Shown: one piece after another, positions 48,125-59,274 of the stretch
How positions within the stretch are numbered: the stretch's first letter is position 1
Layout of the letters: each line of letters starts with the position of its first letter
Virus record (IMG/VR): IMGVR_UViG_3300020045_001036
Location: 31,351 to 95,350 of that record
Length of the DNA stretch: 64,000 bases
From: a virus
Reading direction: 5' to 3' (one strand)
Notes under the pieces: model-generated
What the model saw: only the letters and a program-made list of their open reading frames with translations
Told to the model about the DNA's origin: nothing
The model's database searches: none
Made by a program: the position numbers and the translations under genes

Positions 48125-49777
48125 TTATTTTCTTTTTTGTGATGCATTTTGTGCCATCCCTATACCTAATTTTTCAAAACTTGCTTGTTGTGATATTGGA
48201 ATACCTTCTATGTTATATTCCATTTTCATATCATTATATCTCCATTCACTAGGATCTTCTGATACCATTACAGGCATTTCAGAACCTTGTACATAATAAT
48301 CTTTATATCCTTGTCTATCTAATAGTTCTCCATTAACATCCTTAGCAATACCTTTTATTCTAGCTATTTCTTCAGGATGTAACCCATATTTCTTATTCTC
48401 TGGGTGAGCTAGTAAATCTGTTATAGAAGTATCTGGTATTACTTTACCTCTAATAACTAAATCTCCTTTAACCGGATACAAAGCTCTTGGATCTGCTGTA
48501 TAAGTTGCAAATTGTTTTTGAGCTGAATCTGCATTCTCTACTCCAAAAGTATTAGCAAATGGTGCAAAGCCTGCTTGAGTTTTATTACCTACCCACATTC
48601 TACCAGTTTCTTGTAATTCTTTAGATAAACTTTCTAACTTCTTAAGAGTAGCAGGAGTAGCTCTAGGATTACTTCTAACTCTTTTAAGAGCTTTCCATAC
48701 ATCATTTATACTCAACATACCATCTCTACCTGTAGCTTTAGCACCTACTTGGCTTCCTATTGTAGTCAACCTTTGTCCAAATTCCTTGTTAAGGATATTT
48801 ATTTGTTGTTGAGAATTAACAATAGCCTCTTTTGTAGGACCAGATAGTAACACCATTTTAGCCGCCTTTTCAGCCTTGCTTCCCATATACTCCTCCCAAG
48901 AATGATCTCTAGCTTCTTTAGATAGAATATCTACTTTACTATCTACATCTTTCTTAGTTTGAGTATACTCTGCAGATTGTACATAATCTCCCATAGCACC
49001 TAAACTACTTCTTTTATCATCAAGACTCATTAGTTTACCTGTCTCCGGATCAAAGTAATTACCTAACCCAAACTGTTCTTGTTGTTGAAGATAAGGTTCA
49101 TATCCCTTAGCTTTAATAAAACTACCAAAAGCATTCTTTAATCCTTTTAATGCTGTAGTTGTAACTTTAGAAGTATTAATATAACCATCTTTCTTAAATT
49201 GTCTAATAGCCTCATCAGTGTCAGGATTACCTGTTTCTTTAAGTTCTTTTAAGAACTCACCAGTTAAATCTTTCTTATCATAAGTTTGATCATAACTAAA
49301 AACCCCATCTAAACTTCCTCTAGTTTGTTGATTAAACTTATTCAAATAAGCTTCTTTAGCTTTTTGTTTAGTGATAGGATCCTTAATAGTTTCTAAATGT
49401 TTATTCATTGCAGCATACTGAGCTGCTGAACCTTCTATTTTAGAAATATCACCTGTTTTATAATCAGCTTCTAACTCTCTTCCTAATTTAGTTAAAGCTG
49501 GCATTGATTGTCTCCAATCCATACCTGCAGTTTGCATTTGTTGTGTTAACTCATCTGCCTTTTGCGCATAGGCTTGACTAATTCTAGCAGCATTTTCTCT
49601 TTCTGCAGGAGTATCCATATGTTCTACATCTACACTACCAAATAAATTAGCTTTAGTTGTAGCTACATCATAGTCTCCTTGCTCTTTTTGTAAAACCTCC
49701 TTAGCTAATTCCCAAGGTGGTCTATACATTATGTCTTGAACAAACTCTGGTTGTGCTGTTTGATAATATCTTCCCAT
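48125..49777 (-). CDS. Virion cargo protein
   Basis: Position upstream of RNAP; MGRYY...YRPPWEL start and helical composition. Confidence 0.6.
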   Translation of the reverse strand: MGRYYQTAQPEFVQDIMYRPPWELAKEVLQKEQGDYDVATTKANLFGSVDVEHMDTPAERENAARISQAYAQKADELTQQMQTAGMDWRQSMPALTKLGRELEADYKTGDISKIEGSAAQYAAMNKHLETIKDPITKQKAKEAYLNKFNQQTRGSLDGVFSYDQTYDKKDLTGEFLKELKETGNPDTDEAIRQFKKDGYINTSKVTTTALKGLKNAFGSFIKAKGYEPYLQQQEQFGLGNYFDPETGKLMSLDDKRSSLGAMGDYVQSAEYTQTKKDVDSKVDILSKEARDHSWEEYMGSKAEKAAKMVLLSGPTKEAIVNSQQQINILNKEFGQRLTTIGSQVGAKATGRDGMLSINDVWKALKRVRSNPRATPATLKKLESLSKELQETGRMWVGNKTQAGFAPFANTFGVENADSAQKQFATYTADPRALYPVKGDLVIRGKVIPDTSITDLLAHPENKKYGLHPEEIARIKGIAKDVNGELLDRQGYKDYYVQGSEMPVMVSEDPSEWRYNDMKMEYNIEGIPISQQASFEKLGIGMAQNASQKRK

Positions 49778-52170
49778 TACTCTTTAGCTTTTATTTCTTT
49801 TTTAGTTTTCTTATCTAGTATTCTACCTGTACCCGGTTCTATATAGAAGGTACCTGCTTTAGCTACTGTAGTTCCATTTTTAGTTAAATGACCAGTCATT
49901 GGATCTACATCAAAATTCTCAGAGAGTTGATTTAACAATTTACCAGTAGTATCTCTAGTCTTCATTTCATTAATGTTTTTACCCATATATTGTAGACCTG
50001 TATTTTTAGTAGCAATATCTTTAGCCATTGCAGAGTAATAAGCATCCTTATCAGCTCTATCAGCAGCATCTCTACCTGCTTCTCCTTGCATAACTATTTG
50101 ATCTTGTTGATTGAGCATTCCAGCATTCTTTTCATATAGTCCTGCCATCATCTGATTAAACTGATTGTTTACAGCTTCTTTAGCTTTATTAGCCTGTGCA
50201 TCTGTAGCTATATCTAAAGCTCTTAATGTGTTAATTCCTCTAGCCCCTGCTCTATTTCTATTACTAGATGTAGTTCTATCTAAATTTATATCTTGTAAAG
50301 CACTAGCTTTTTGACCTGCTATATACCCTTTAGTTTTATCTAATTCTTCAATACCTCTTTTACCGTAATCTTTATAAGCATTTACATTAGGTACATCTGT
50401 AGCTCTTTGAGCTCTAGTATTTTTTAAAGGATCTGTAGAAGCTTTATACTGGCCATATAATCCTAAGGCATCCCCAGCAGTTATATTACCAAATACATTT
50501 CCTAAATCAAATCCTGGAGATTCTACAGTAGGATTAGCAGCTTCTAACTTATCTAAAGTTAAATTACTTTCTACAAAAGGAGTATCAACAGATGTATAGT
50601 CTGGAGCATTATTACCAAATAAATCAAAAGTAGGTACTTCTGGTTTAGGAAATCTATATTCCTCTGGACCAGCTACACCTCCATTAGCAAAGGTTTGACC
50701 TATTTGAGAGATCATCTGAGCTATTTTCATCTTATTCATATCCTGAGCATCAACTACAGCATTACCTTGTTTAGTTCTTTTAAAAGCATTCCTTAGTAAT
50801 TTATCTGAGGGAGCATCTTTTAAAGTTCTGCTTAATCTAGCTTCTTTACTTTCTCTTGCTTTTTTTCTTGTTGCCATAGTTTTACCATCAGGTCCTTTTA
50901 ATTGTTGTGAGTATATCTCAGTACCAGAAGGTACTTCCATATTTATTCCTCCTTCAGCATGTGAAGCTCCTTCAAGTTCTTGTGGTTCTCCACCCGGAGT
51001 CTCTATAATTTCTCCTCCTTCAGCATTAATAGGAACTCCTCCTGTAGCAAATTTAGTTCTTTTAGTTTTCTTTACTTGTCCACCTAAAGCAAAACTAGCT
51101 CCAGCCCCTGCTCCTTGTAATACACCAAATAGTGAATTTAATTCTCCTTGATTCTTATTAAGAAATCCTGCCATACCTTTACCATCTGCACCTTCACCTT
51201 TAGCTATACCTTGACTCATCATACCTTGTCCTACTTGCATAGCAAGATTCCCAAATATGTTTAAACCTTGTACCAAAGGATCTCCATTAGATTTAACCTG
51301 AGCTTTAACTTTAGATATTTGATCTCTCGTTAAAGCCATGTTAGGATCTTCTGGTACAGGAGAACCTAATGCATATTTCTTTCTCATAACTCCTCCATAT
51401 TTAGCGTAGGTAGGAGATTCTCCGTTACCTGTTTGTGCTATTGTATTTATTGCTTTTAATATCTTTTCATCATCAAATGTTTGGTAGAAGTTTTCAGTAT
51501 TAGCTCCAGCTGCTTTAGTTCTTTTTTGAAGATCTTTAACATCTTTAATAGTTTCTCCAGGTTTTAAACCTAGTTTTGTTCTATACTGATGAAAATTACC
51601 ATAAGCTTCTTCTGGTATACTCATATATCTTTTAACTTCTCTTTTAGCATTTTTAGAGGTCTGTTTTGTAGGATCTCCTAATACCTTCATAAGAGAAGGT
51701 CCTAATACTGTATCTTGACCACCTGCATGTATTCTTTCATGTGCTATAACATCTTTACCTACTCCAGGTTCATATATAATTTGTTCTTTAGGAGCAACAT
51801 CATAACCCTGAAATTCTGCTTGGCTATCTTCACCTAACAAAGGATATGATTTATTAGCTTTCTTAGTAGGAACTTTAGCACCATAAGATACTAAAGATTT
51901 TAAATCCTTTTCTTTTAACCCTGTATTTTTTTTAGCTCTACTCATTGTAGCAGGATTAGAGTACCAATCTATATACGCTTGTGTACCTGCTTGCACATTT
52001 GGATCAGCATTCTTAGCTGAAGGTATAATAGAACTACTTGGTATGTATCTAGGTACTACATGTTTCAACTGTTTAATAGGAGGTAATACTAATTCATTGT
52101 TAGAGTTATATTTAGGAGGCCCTACTGGACCTCCGTTAGCACATTTTTTTCTCATTACTTTTCTAGCCAT
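49777..52170 (-). CDS. Virion cargo protein with zincin-like HExxH segment
   Basis: IAHERIH...EE; NAEGGE and GASHAEGG motifs; repeated (F/Y/C)AxG(G). Confidence 0.65.
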   Translation of the reverse strand: MARKVMRKKCANGGPVGPPKYNSNNELVLPPIKQLKHVVPRYIPSSSIIPSAKNADPNVQAGTQAYIDWYSNPATMSRAKKNTGLKEKDLKSLVSYGAKVPTKKANKSYPLLGEDSQAEFQGYDVAPKEQIIYEPGVGKDVIAHERIHAGGQDTVLGPSLMKVLGDPTKQTSKNAKREVKRYMSIPEEAYGNFHQYRTKLGLKPGETIKDVKDLQKRTKAAGANTENFYQTFDDEKILKAINTIAQTGNGESPTYAKYGGVMRKKYALGSPVPEDPNMALTRDQISKVKAQVKSNGDPLVQGLNIFGNLAMQVGQGMMSQGIAKGEGADGKGMAGFLNKNQGELNSLFGVLQGAGAGASFALGGQVKKTKRTKFATGGVPINAEGGEIIETPGGEPQELEGASHAEGGINMEVPSGTEIYSQQLKGPDGKTMATRKKARESKEARLSRTLKDAPSDKLLRNAFKRTKQGNAVVDAQDMNKMKIAQMISQIGQTFANGGVAGPEEYRFPKPEVPTFDLFGNNAPDYTSVDTPFVESNLTLDKLEAANPTVESPGFDLGNVFGNITAGDALGLYGQYKASTDPLKNTRAQRATDVPNVNAYKDYGKRGIEELDKTKGYIAGQKASALQDINLDRTTSSNRNRAGARGINTLRALDIATDAQANKAKEAVNNQFNQMMAGLYEKNAGMLNQQDQIVMQGEAGRDAADRADKDAYYSAMAKDIATKNTGLQYMGKNINEMKTRDTTGKLLNQLSENFDVDPMTGHLTKNGTTVAKAGTFYIEPGTGRILDKKTKKEIKAKE

Positions 52171-52204
52171 TCTTTTTAATCTTTAATTTTTTAAATATTT
52201 ATAT

Positions 52205-55200
52205 TTAAGTAAAGGATTGTTGTTCATTTTCAATTGAAAAATTTGTAATGAGTTTTGTATTTGCAAAGTTATCAAATATTAACCTCACAAACAAGAACTT
52301 ATCCCTAAAACTTTCTAATTGTGTCCAATCTTTTAAAGGATCCATTGTAACTGTATTTAATACCTTATCTATATAGCCAGGTTGAGTTGCTAATAAACTA
52401 GAATCCCATACAGGTTGTGTATAATCTATCCTAATATCTCTTATATCATTCATATCCCAATCTCTCTCATTTCTATCTACAATAACAATATTGTTATTTG
52501 AATTTATAATTTGTTGAGTTAAATAGTTCTCAGAATTAGCTTGAGTATCTTTTGGTACTAAGTTTAATAATCCAGTACATTGTCTACTATTGTATAGCAC
52601 TGCTTTATTAAAAGTTCTATACCTTTGATCTACATATTCTTGTGTGTCAGTATCAAAAGATTTAGCTTCAGTTAATAATTTAATACTATTTGTAATCTTA
52701 GTCTCTAAAGGATTATTATTAGTCACGTACTCTACAATATGTGGATACTGTACTCCATAGAAATTTTGATACTCTCCTTTAACATTATGCTTCCATATTT
52801 TATTATCGTCTGATTTAATAGAATATAAAGCTTCTGGAGTAGATATATATATGTTAGGTAAATATGAATGCCATGAAATCCAAGAGTTAGCTTTTAAAGA
52901 AAAACTCATAGTTAAAGAAGTATTAGCCTCTATAGGATTTGGTACTATTACACCTGCTATAGAAGTGTAGTCTACAACAACCTTATCTACTAGCATACTA
53001 ATAGGATCCCCATTATCATCATATCTAATTTCTGTAACAGGAATTGTAGTTAATTTTTCAAATTGCAATTCAGAATCTTTTATACCTATATAGTTATATC
53101 CTAAAGCAGATTGATTTGCTATAGTAACACTGAAGTTAATAAAAGCTGTCATAATACCTGCTGTAACATCTATTTCAAAGTCATTACCAGCAGAGATGAT
53201 AGGACTTAAACTATAATCTTTTTTAGTAATTAATAATCTCTCTTTCTTAGTATCATATGTAGATATGTAACCAATACCTAATGGGTTAGAAGGGTTATCA
53301 TTATATTTGTAACTTTCTCCTAAAGCTTTATTGTATTGTTTGTCAGCTACTAACTCTATATGTTCCTTAAAGTAATTAGATAATCCTAAGTCACTCAACA
53401 CTTTTAAGCTAGCACCATTAAAAGAATAAATCTTTCTTTGATTTGCTGATACAAATAAATATCCTTGAGGTGTTTTTAAACCACTCCATTTATGTTGTAA
53501 CCCAGCAGAAGAACCTGTGTCATCATCTAGAATCTTTTGAGGTGGTATTTCAAAGTAAGAACCTGTACCTATAAAGGATACTATCTGATCTGTAACTCTT
53601 TCTTGATAGTTTTTAGGCATTTGCCATAAAGCTTCTTCTGTATGTAAAAACAAATTATTGTTTATCTTAAATACATTAGTGATAGGTCCAGTTTCACCAT
53701 CTATATCTCTATAGTTATTAGGTAAAAATATTCTGTAGTTATCTATAAGTTCTTCTTGAAAAGATTGTTCAGAATAATGAATCCTATGTGGAAATGTTTC
53801 AATACAATCAGAACAACAGTCATACTCTAAAGGTAGATGAAAATAAGACTTTTGTTTATTTAATCTTAAATAATCCGGATTTATTTTATAGTGTACACCT
53901 AAAGGAATTCCTAAATACAATCTATTATCCTTTCTTGTAGAATCGAATACTAAAAGTTTTCTATTACCATATGTATCTAATAAAGAAATAGGATATCTAG
54001 ATTTAGCATTCTCATAATGTATACCAAAATACTCCCAACCATTTAAAGGTTCTTTATTACCTGTTTCTCTTTTGCCTGGGGCATCTAAAAAAGTTGGTAC
54101 ATCAGATATCATCTTAGTTCTTAGACTCATATTAATCTGAGTTTCAAACCAAAGATCTGTAATAGAATCTGTAACCCATTGAATCTCATCATCAGAAGGA
54201 CCATCACTAGTATTACTATTACCTGTAGTTCCAAAATCAGAAGTATTTTGCTTATAGTATTTATCAACCCAATCATCTAAAGCTGTTTCTCTAAGGCCTT
54301 TACCCCACTCTTCAGTGTAAGCTTTATTATATGCATCTTTAGAAACACCTGAAGCTACTAAAAGAGCTCCACCACCTATTAAGGATATACCAGCACCTAG
54401 TACTAATAAAGAAGCTCCTCCAGTGAATATAGATAAAGCTGCACCTATAACAACTAATACAGCACCAGCTACATATTTCCAACCATTAGTTTTACCAGCT
54501 CTTCTAGCTATTCTGTTATCCCAGAATACTGTATTTGTATATCTCATAGGAGCTACATAAGAATCTCCATTAAATACACTACTAGTACTACCTGTAGATA
54601 TGTTAGCACTTTCCTTATAGTAAGGTAAAGTTCTAAAGTTAGAATAGTGATCAGCTAGGTTTCTTTTTAGTAGTACATAAGGTAATTTATCCTTACTAGC
54701 ATTTACTAAGTTATCTTCTGTAAGATGTATAAAACCTACTCTATTATCTGCAGCTATATTGTATACTGTATTGGCCCCATCATTGATATCCCTATTAGCT
54801 AAAGCTTTTAAATAGAATATTTCTTTAATCTGACTTTTAGTTATATTGAAGACTTTCTCTTTGAAAAATTTAGTAAAAGTATCTCTAAATATAATACCTA
54901 AACTCCAACCATCTTTAACAGCAGCATCGTCATTACCTCCTTTATGGTTTTCTGGATCATAAGAAGAACCCTCTTGTACATCATTATACCTAGTCTTACT
55001 ATAAGTTTTAGATGTTGGTGAACTTAATCCAAAATAACCCTCCTGTTCTATATTATCAAAATCTGTGAACTCCTTATTAAAGAACTTGTGTTCAGGAGAT
55101 ATTAACCCATAAACTCTTTTATCAATTTTAGAAGCATCTACATCTGGATTTAATAATCCATGGGCACTGTACTTAGTCCCTGGGTTTATTACATTAGGAA

Positions 55201-57166
55201 CCAATACTGCTGAATCTATAATAGTTTTTTCAGAATCTGTTCTTTCACTTCTTACAATATAATATCCAACACATTGCATTCCTGCTGTATCTGTAATATC
55301 AGGTAAATCTACTCCAGAAAATTTAGCTCCAAATATTTGTGTACTATATAAATCAGATCCTATGACAGTGGTATTAGTTATAATACTATCAGTATAGACT
55401 GATCCCATTTGAGAAGTCCCTGGATTAGCTATTAAATCTATAGTAGAACCATCTGGTTGTAACTCTTCAATCTTAGTTACTACTATACTATTGCTAGCGT
55501 AATAAGGAGAAAAGAATGTTTCATCTACACTAGAACCCGGTGGGTATAAAGCTATATCTATAACAAAAGTAAATATTTGAGATTGCCCATCTACAGTATA
55601 AGAGACATTTACAGGAAATGAACTTGTAACTAAAGCTGTTAAGGTAACTTGTATGTTAATACTTAAACTATAGTAATTACTAGGAGTACTAGTAGTAGCT
55701 TCAATAGTAACTAAATCTAAATCTAAATCTGATCTTTTAGGAAATCTATGATGTCTTACAGGAGTATTTTTTAAAGAGACTCCTTCAGAATCCAGTCCCC
55801 AATAATCTGAATTAGGACAAGTACCCAAATCTACATATAAATCACTAGTACTAGTGTTGTTAACATTAGACATAGGGTAAGCTGTGATAGGATCTGTATA
55901 AGTTAGTTTATTACTCACTAAAGGACTCTTACCTGGTATATGATAAGTAGGTGATACAGAACCATCTTCAAACACATATACAATACCAAACGAATATATC
56001 TCACCAGGCATATAACCTGTGTTATGAATTCTATGAGAAGGATTCTTAGGATTACTTAAATCTTTTATATCATTTAAAAGAACTTTTTGTAACACTACAT
56101 CAGTCTTAATTCTAGAGGCATATTTCTGTAGATCGCAAAATTGTATTTGAGGACCTTTAGTATTAGCTAATAGTAATCTATTTTCTAATTGTTCTATAGA
56201 ACCTGCAGTATGTATTGTAGAGTTAAAGAAAGCTATCTCTTCAGCTGTACCTGTAGTTTCTGCATTAATACCTGTATACACATAGTATGTTTTACTAGTG
56301 GGTATAACTCCAGTTATCTTTACTGCATTAATAACACCAGAACCGGTACTAGCCTCTATAAAAGCTAATCTATAAAAAGGAAACTCTAAATCTAAATTAT
56401 CTAAATCTACTCTAATAGCTTTAGAAGTTATTGGAAAGTTTTCAGCTTCTACATCTGAATGTATACTTCCTTGTATATCTAAAAATTCCTGTGTAATGCT
56501 GTCATTATATACATAAAGTATTTCAGAAGTTGTTATCCACTCTGTAGGATTTAAACCTGAATCTACATATTGTATAGCTACATTATAAGAACCAGGAAAG
56601 ATTTCTCCACCAGAATCTAAGACTTGTATATCTGTAAATGTAGGTATCATAGAGTATTCCCTAACTAAGGAAAACTTTCTAGCTACAAACTCTCCAGCAG
56701 TTTGAAAATCTTCTGGTTTATTAAAATTAAAGTATCTAGGTCTATTGTAATTATCTGTAAAGTAGATAGTTTTTTCTCCACCTCTTCTTAATCTATAACT
56801 AGCTTGTATTTGTTTAGATACTTTGAAATTAAGTTTATCTATTGTATCACTAGTAGAATCATTTACATATACTTCATACTTACCATTATCTTTTAGTATA
56901 CCTATTTCAGATATAGTATCATCTTTAGATACAGAGAATATACCTGTTTCATTATCTCCTAGGTATACTTTTCCTATTATAATAAAATTAGGTTTTATTG
57001 TGGAAAAGATAGTATTACTTTCTTCATTACCTATAAATGAAAGATCCCCTAACTCAGTTTCATTAACTGAATTAAGGGCAAATCTATAAGTATCCTGTGG
57101 TTGCAAGATAGGAGAATTATCTAAATGTAATCCTCTACCTAATGTTGTTGGTTTATTTTGCGCCAT
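52205..57166 (-). CDS. Tail stabilisation/muzzle protein (P22 gp10-like)
   Basis: GLHLD.SP..QP.DTYRFALN start, YFTDNYNRPR, W.SWHSY.P; internal hydrophobic stretch. Confidence 0.7.
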   Translation of the reverse strand: MAQNKPTTLGRGLHLDNSPILQPQDTYRFALNSVNETELGDLSFIGNEESNTIFSTIKPNFIIIGKVYLGDNETGIFSVSKDDTISEIGILKDNGKYEVYVNDSTSDTIDKLNFKVSKQIQASYRLRRGGEKTIYFTDNYNRPRYFNFNKPEDFQTAGEFVARKFSLVREYSMIPTFTDIQVLDSGGEIFPGSYNVAIQYVDSGLNPTEWITTSEILYVYNDSITQEFLDIQGSIHSDVEAENFPITSKAIRVDLDNLDLEFPFYRLAFIEASTGSGVINAVKITGVIPTSKTYYVYTGINAETTGTAEEIAFFNSTIHTAGSIEQLENRLLLANTKGPQIQFCDLQKYASRIKTDVVLQKVLLNDIKDLSNPKNPSHRIHNTGYMPGEIYSFGIVYVFEDGSVSPTYHIPGKSPLVSNKLTYTDPITAYPMSNVNNTSTSDLYVDLGTCPNSDYWGLDSEGVSLKNTPVRHHRFPKRSDLDLDLVTIEATTSTPSNYYSLSINIQVTLTALVTSSFPVNVSYTVDGQSQIFTFVIDIALYPPGSSVDETFFSPYYASNSIVVTKIEELQPDGSTIDLIANPGTSQMGSVYTDSIITNTTVIGSDLYSTQIFGAKFSGVDLPDITDTAGMQCVGYYIVRSERTDSEKTIIDSAVLVPNVINPGTKYSAHGLLNPDVDASKIDKRVYGLISPEHKFFNKEFTDFDNIEQEGYFGLSSPTSKTYSKTRYNDVQEGSSYDPENHKGGNDDAAVKDGWSLGIIFRDTFTKFFKEKVFNITKSQIKEIFYLKALANRDINDGANTVYNIAADNRVGFIHLTEDNLVNASKDKLPYVLLKRNLADHYSNFRTLPYYKESANISTGSTSSVFNGDSYVAPMRYTNTVFWDNRIARRAGKTNGWKYVAGAVLVVIGAALSIFTGGASLLVLGAGISLIGGGALLVASGVSKDAYNKAYTEEWGKGLRETALDDWVDKYYKQNTSDFGTTGNSNTSDGPSDDEIQWVTDSITDLWFETQINMSLRTKMISDVPTFLDAPGKRETGNKEPLNGWEYFGIHYENAKSRYPISLLDTYGNRKLLVFDSTRKDNRLYLGIPLGVHYKINPDYLRLNKQKSYFHLPLEYDCCSDCIETFPHRIHYSEQSFQEELIDNYRIFLPNNYRDIDGETGPITNVFKINNNLFLHTEEALWQMPKNYQERVTDQIVSFIGTGSYFEIPPQKILDDDTGSSAGLQHKWSGLKTPQGYLFVSANQRKIYSFNGASLKVLSDLGLSNYFKEHIELVADKQYNKALGESYKYNDNPSNPLGIGYISTYDTKKERLLITKKDYSLSPIISAGNDFEIDVTAGIMTAFINFSVTIANQSALGYNYIGIKDSELQFEKLTTIPVTEIRYDDNGDPISMLVDKVVVDYTSIAGVIVPNPIEANTSLTMSFSLKANSWISWHSYLPNIYISTPEALYSIKSDDNKIWKHNVKGEYQNFYGVQYPHIVEYVTNNNPLETKITNSIKLLTEAKSFDTDTQEYVDQRYRTFNKAVLYNSRQCTGLLNLVPKDTQANSENYLTQQIINSNNNIVIVDRNERDWDMNDIRDIRIDYTQPVWDSSLLATQPGYIDKVLNTVTMDPLKDWTQLESFRDKFLFVRLIFDNFANTKLITNFSIENEQQSFT

Positions 57167-58098
57167 TATCTTCTATTAGTTAAGTGAGTACCTCCATGAA
57201 GGTTACCTCTAGTCCAACCTTGATCTTGATTCCTACCAAGATTACCAAAAAAACCATAATATTTATTATGCCTAGGAATCATTTGCTTTCTACCTTCTAG
57301 TATATTTTGGAAATCATCTTCTCCATAAGGAGCCATCAAAGTATTACCGGCTTGTTTACAATACCAGTGCCAATCTTGTTCGGCTTTTTGAAATTTATCT
57401 GCATAACCTTCTCTGCCTAAATACCACAACCTCCCCATATACTTCATTGTAACATACATAGTAATAGCTGTAGTGACTGAGTAGTCATCTGGTATTAACG
57501 GATATCCAGTATCTGAATCTGTCATAGTTCTATGGTAAGCTATAGCAACTATACCTTCTTTAAAAGAAAATCTTATTTGATCTTGAATAATATTATATTC
57601 ATCATTACCAAATGAATCATATATTTCTGAACCTGATCCTATAGTATTAAAAAAAGTGTGTGTGGATTTTCTAATAGGAGAGTATCTTTTGTAAAATGTA
57701 GAATTAGACCAACCGTCATATTCACCTTTAAGATCAAAATTAGGTTTATAGTAAGTTTGTTCTATAGGTAGCATAAAGGTACTACAATCAAACACTTTAG
57801 GATCATATGTAGATATACTTTCTACAAGTTCCTTTTTTATAACTTGTATATCATTACAAGTACTATTGTCTCTAGCTATCTGAATTACAGAATGTAAACC
57901 ACAAGGTATCTCTACTTTATGATTTTTTACTTCAGCAAATGTTACAGCTTCTTCATAAAGATTAATCACTCCAATAGCTTCTAAAGCTTCTCCAGACCAT
58001 TCTACAATATCAGTTTCTGAAATTTCTTCAAGCCCTAAGTCTCTATATAATTTAGAAATTACTCTATCTATAGGAACCCATTGCAATTCTTTTGCCAT
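57166..58098 (-). CDS. Tail ring/tubular protein
   Basis: Synteny and I.IAY....D..GYPLIPDD pattern. Confidence 0.6.
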   Translation of the reverse strand: MAKELQWVPIDRVISKLYRDLGLEEISETDIVEWSGEALEAIGVINLYEEAVTFAEVKNHKVEIPCGLHSVIQIARDNSTCNDIQVIKKELVESISTYDPKVFDCSTFMLPIEQTYYKPNFDLKGEYDGWSNSTFYKRYSPIRKSTHTFFNTIGSGSEIYDSFGNDEYNIIQDQIRFSFKEGIVAIAYHRTMTDSDTGYPLIPDDYSVTTAITMYVTMKYMGRLWYLGREGYADKFQKAEQDWHWYCKQAGNTLMAPYGEDDFQNILEGRKQMIPRHNKYYGFFGNLGRNQDQGWTRGNLHGGTHLTNRR

Positions 58099-58101
58099 GT
58101 T

Positions 58102-58563
58102 TTATTTTATTAAATATTCTTTTCCTTGCTTTACTAAGGCAGACAAGGCCCTTTTATTTGCTCTACACATTCTAATAGAATAAAGTGTTTTATTAGAAAC
58201 CATAACTCTATTCTTACTCCATCTAAATCTATACCTAACTCCGGCTGTATCCTCATTAAAATGATATACTAAAGTTTTATTAATTTTAGCTTCATTATCA
58301 TTATCCCACAATTGTTTAGTTTTAGCCCAATCTGGAGCTAGACCTTTAATTTCACCATCTATTATTTCTACAGTAGGTTTATGGCCTATTATATCTATAT
58401 TTCCCAATCTTTCAGGTAACATAACTTCTCCTCTATGAAATAACTTTGTTACTATAAACTTCATGAACCCATTAACAATTGATATATAAATTTTAATATC
58501 AACAGGTTCTTCTACTTGAATTTTATAATCTTTATAACTGGTTCTTAAGTTATGTCTATCCAT
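58102..58563 (-). CDS. IHF/HU-like protein of the crAss-like tail module
   Basis: GEVMLPERLG.I.I...DW.KT pattern and synteny. Confidence 0.6.
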   Translation of the reverse strand: MDRHNLRTSYKDYKIQVEEPVDIKIYISIVNGFMKFIVTKLFHRGEVMLPERLGNIDIIGHKPTVEIIDGEIKGLAPDWAKTKQLWDNDNEAKINKTLVYHFNEDTAGVRYRFRWSKNRVMVSNKTLYSIRMCRANKRALSALVKQGKEYLIK

Positions 58564-59258
58564 TATTTAGTTTGTTGTGTAGACTCTACACTATCATTAT
58601 AATTATCCGGTGCAATTTGTTTATACATTTGTACTAATTCTTGAGAGATTAATTCTATCATAGTATCAACTTGATCTAAACTTATAGGAAATTCAATCTC
58701 ATTATAATCTAAACAAGTATCACAAGTATCACAATCACACATATTAGCAAACTTAACTACTTCTATAGGGTCCTCAAATAGTCCTTGAATAGCTACTACT
58801 TTAATTTTTTTAGGTGTACTAATATATAAGTATCCTTCTAATATAAAGTAATTCATTTTTCTAGCACTATATTTATTACCTCTACTACTTTTATAAGCAT
58901 TTAAAGTAATGTAATCTATCTTATGTTCTAAATCTATTGTGGTTACAGATCTAATTAAATCATTAGATAATCCTGTCAAAGGACTAGGTAACACATGTTT
59001 ACTCCTAAGAATAGTACATCCACTTGCAGGTAAACAAGGACACATATGAGTGGGCACTTCTATAAGTTCTACACAAGGTATATAACTATAGTCCCAATCT
59101 CCTACCCTCTGTTTTTTAGATACTGACTGTGTGATTAATTTACTTCTCACAGTTAGCATCTTATTAAATATTAATTGTGAGCTAAGTCTCACATCATCAC
59201 TAGGAATCCCAGAACTATATAAAGCCTGTACCCTACTGATTATTTCTCCTATTACCAT
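58563..59258 (-). CDS. Tail ring/adaptor protein
   Basis: Synteny; CVELIEV...C..C..LRS..LP, GYLYI, FEDP, EFPI pattern. Confidence 0.6.
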   Translation of the reverse strand: MVIGEIISRVQALYSSGIPSDDVRLSSQLIFNKMLTVRSKLITQSVSKKQRVGDWDYSYIPCVELIEVPTHMCPCLPASGCTILRSKHVLPSPLTGLSNDLIRSVTTIDLEHKIDYITLNAYKSSRGNKYSARKMNYFILEGYLYISTPKKIKVVAIQGLFEDPIEVVKFANMCDCDTCDTCLDYNEIEFPISLDQVDTMIELISQELVQMYKQIAPDNYNDSVESTQQTK

Positions 59259-59274
59259 AATTTTAATTTTTTAA

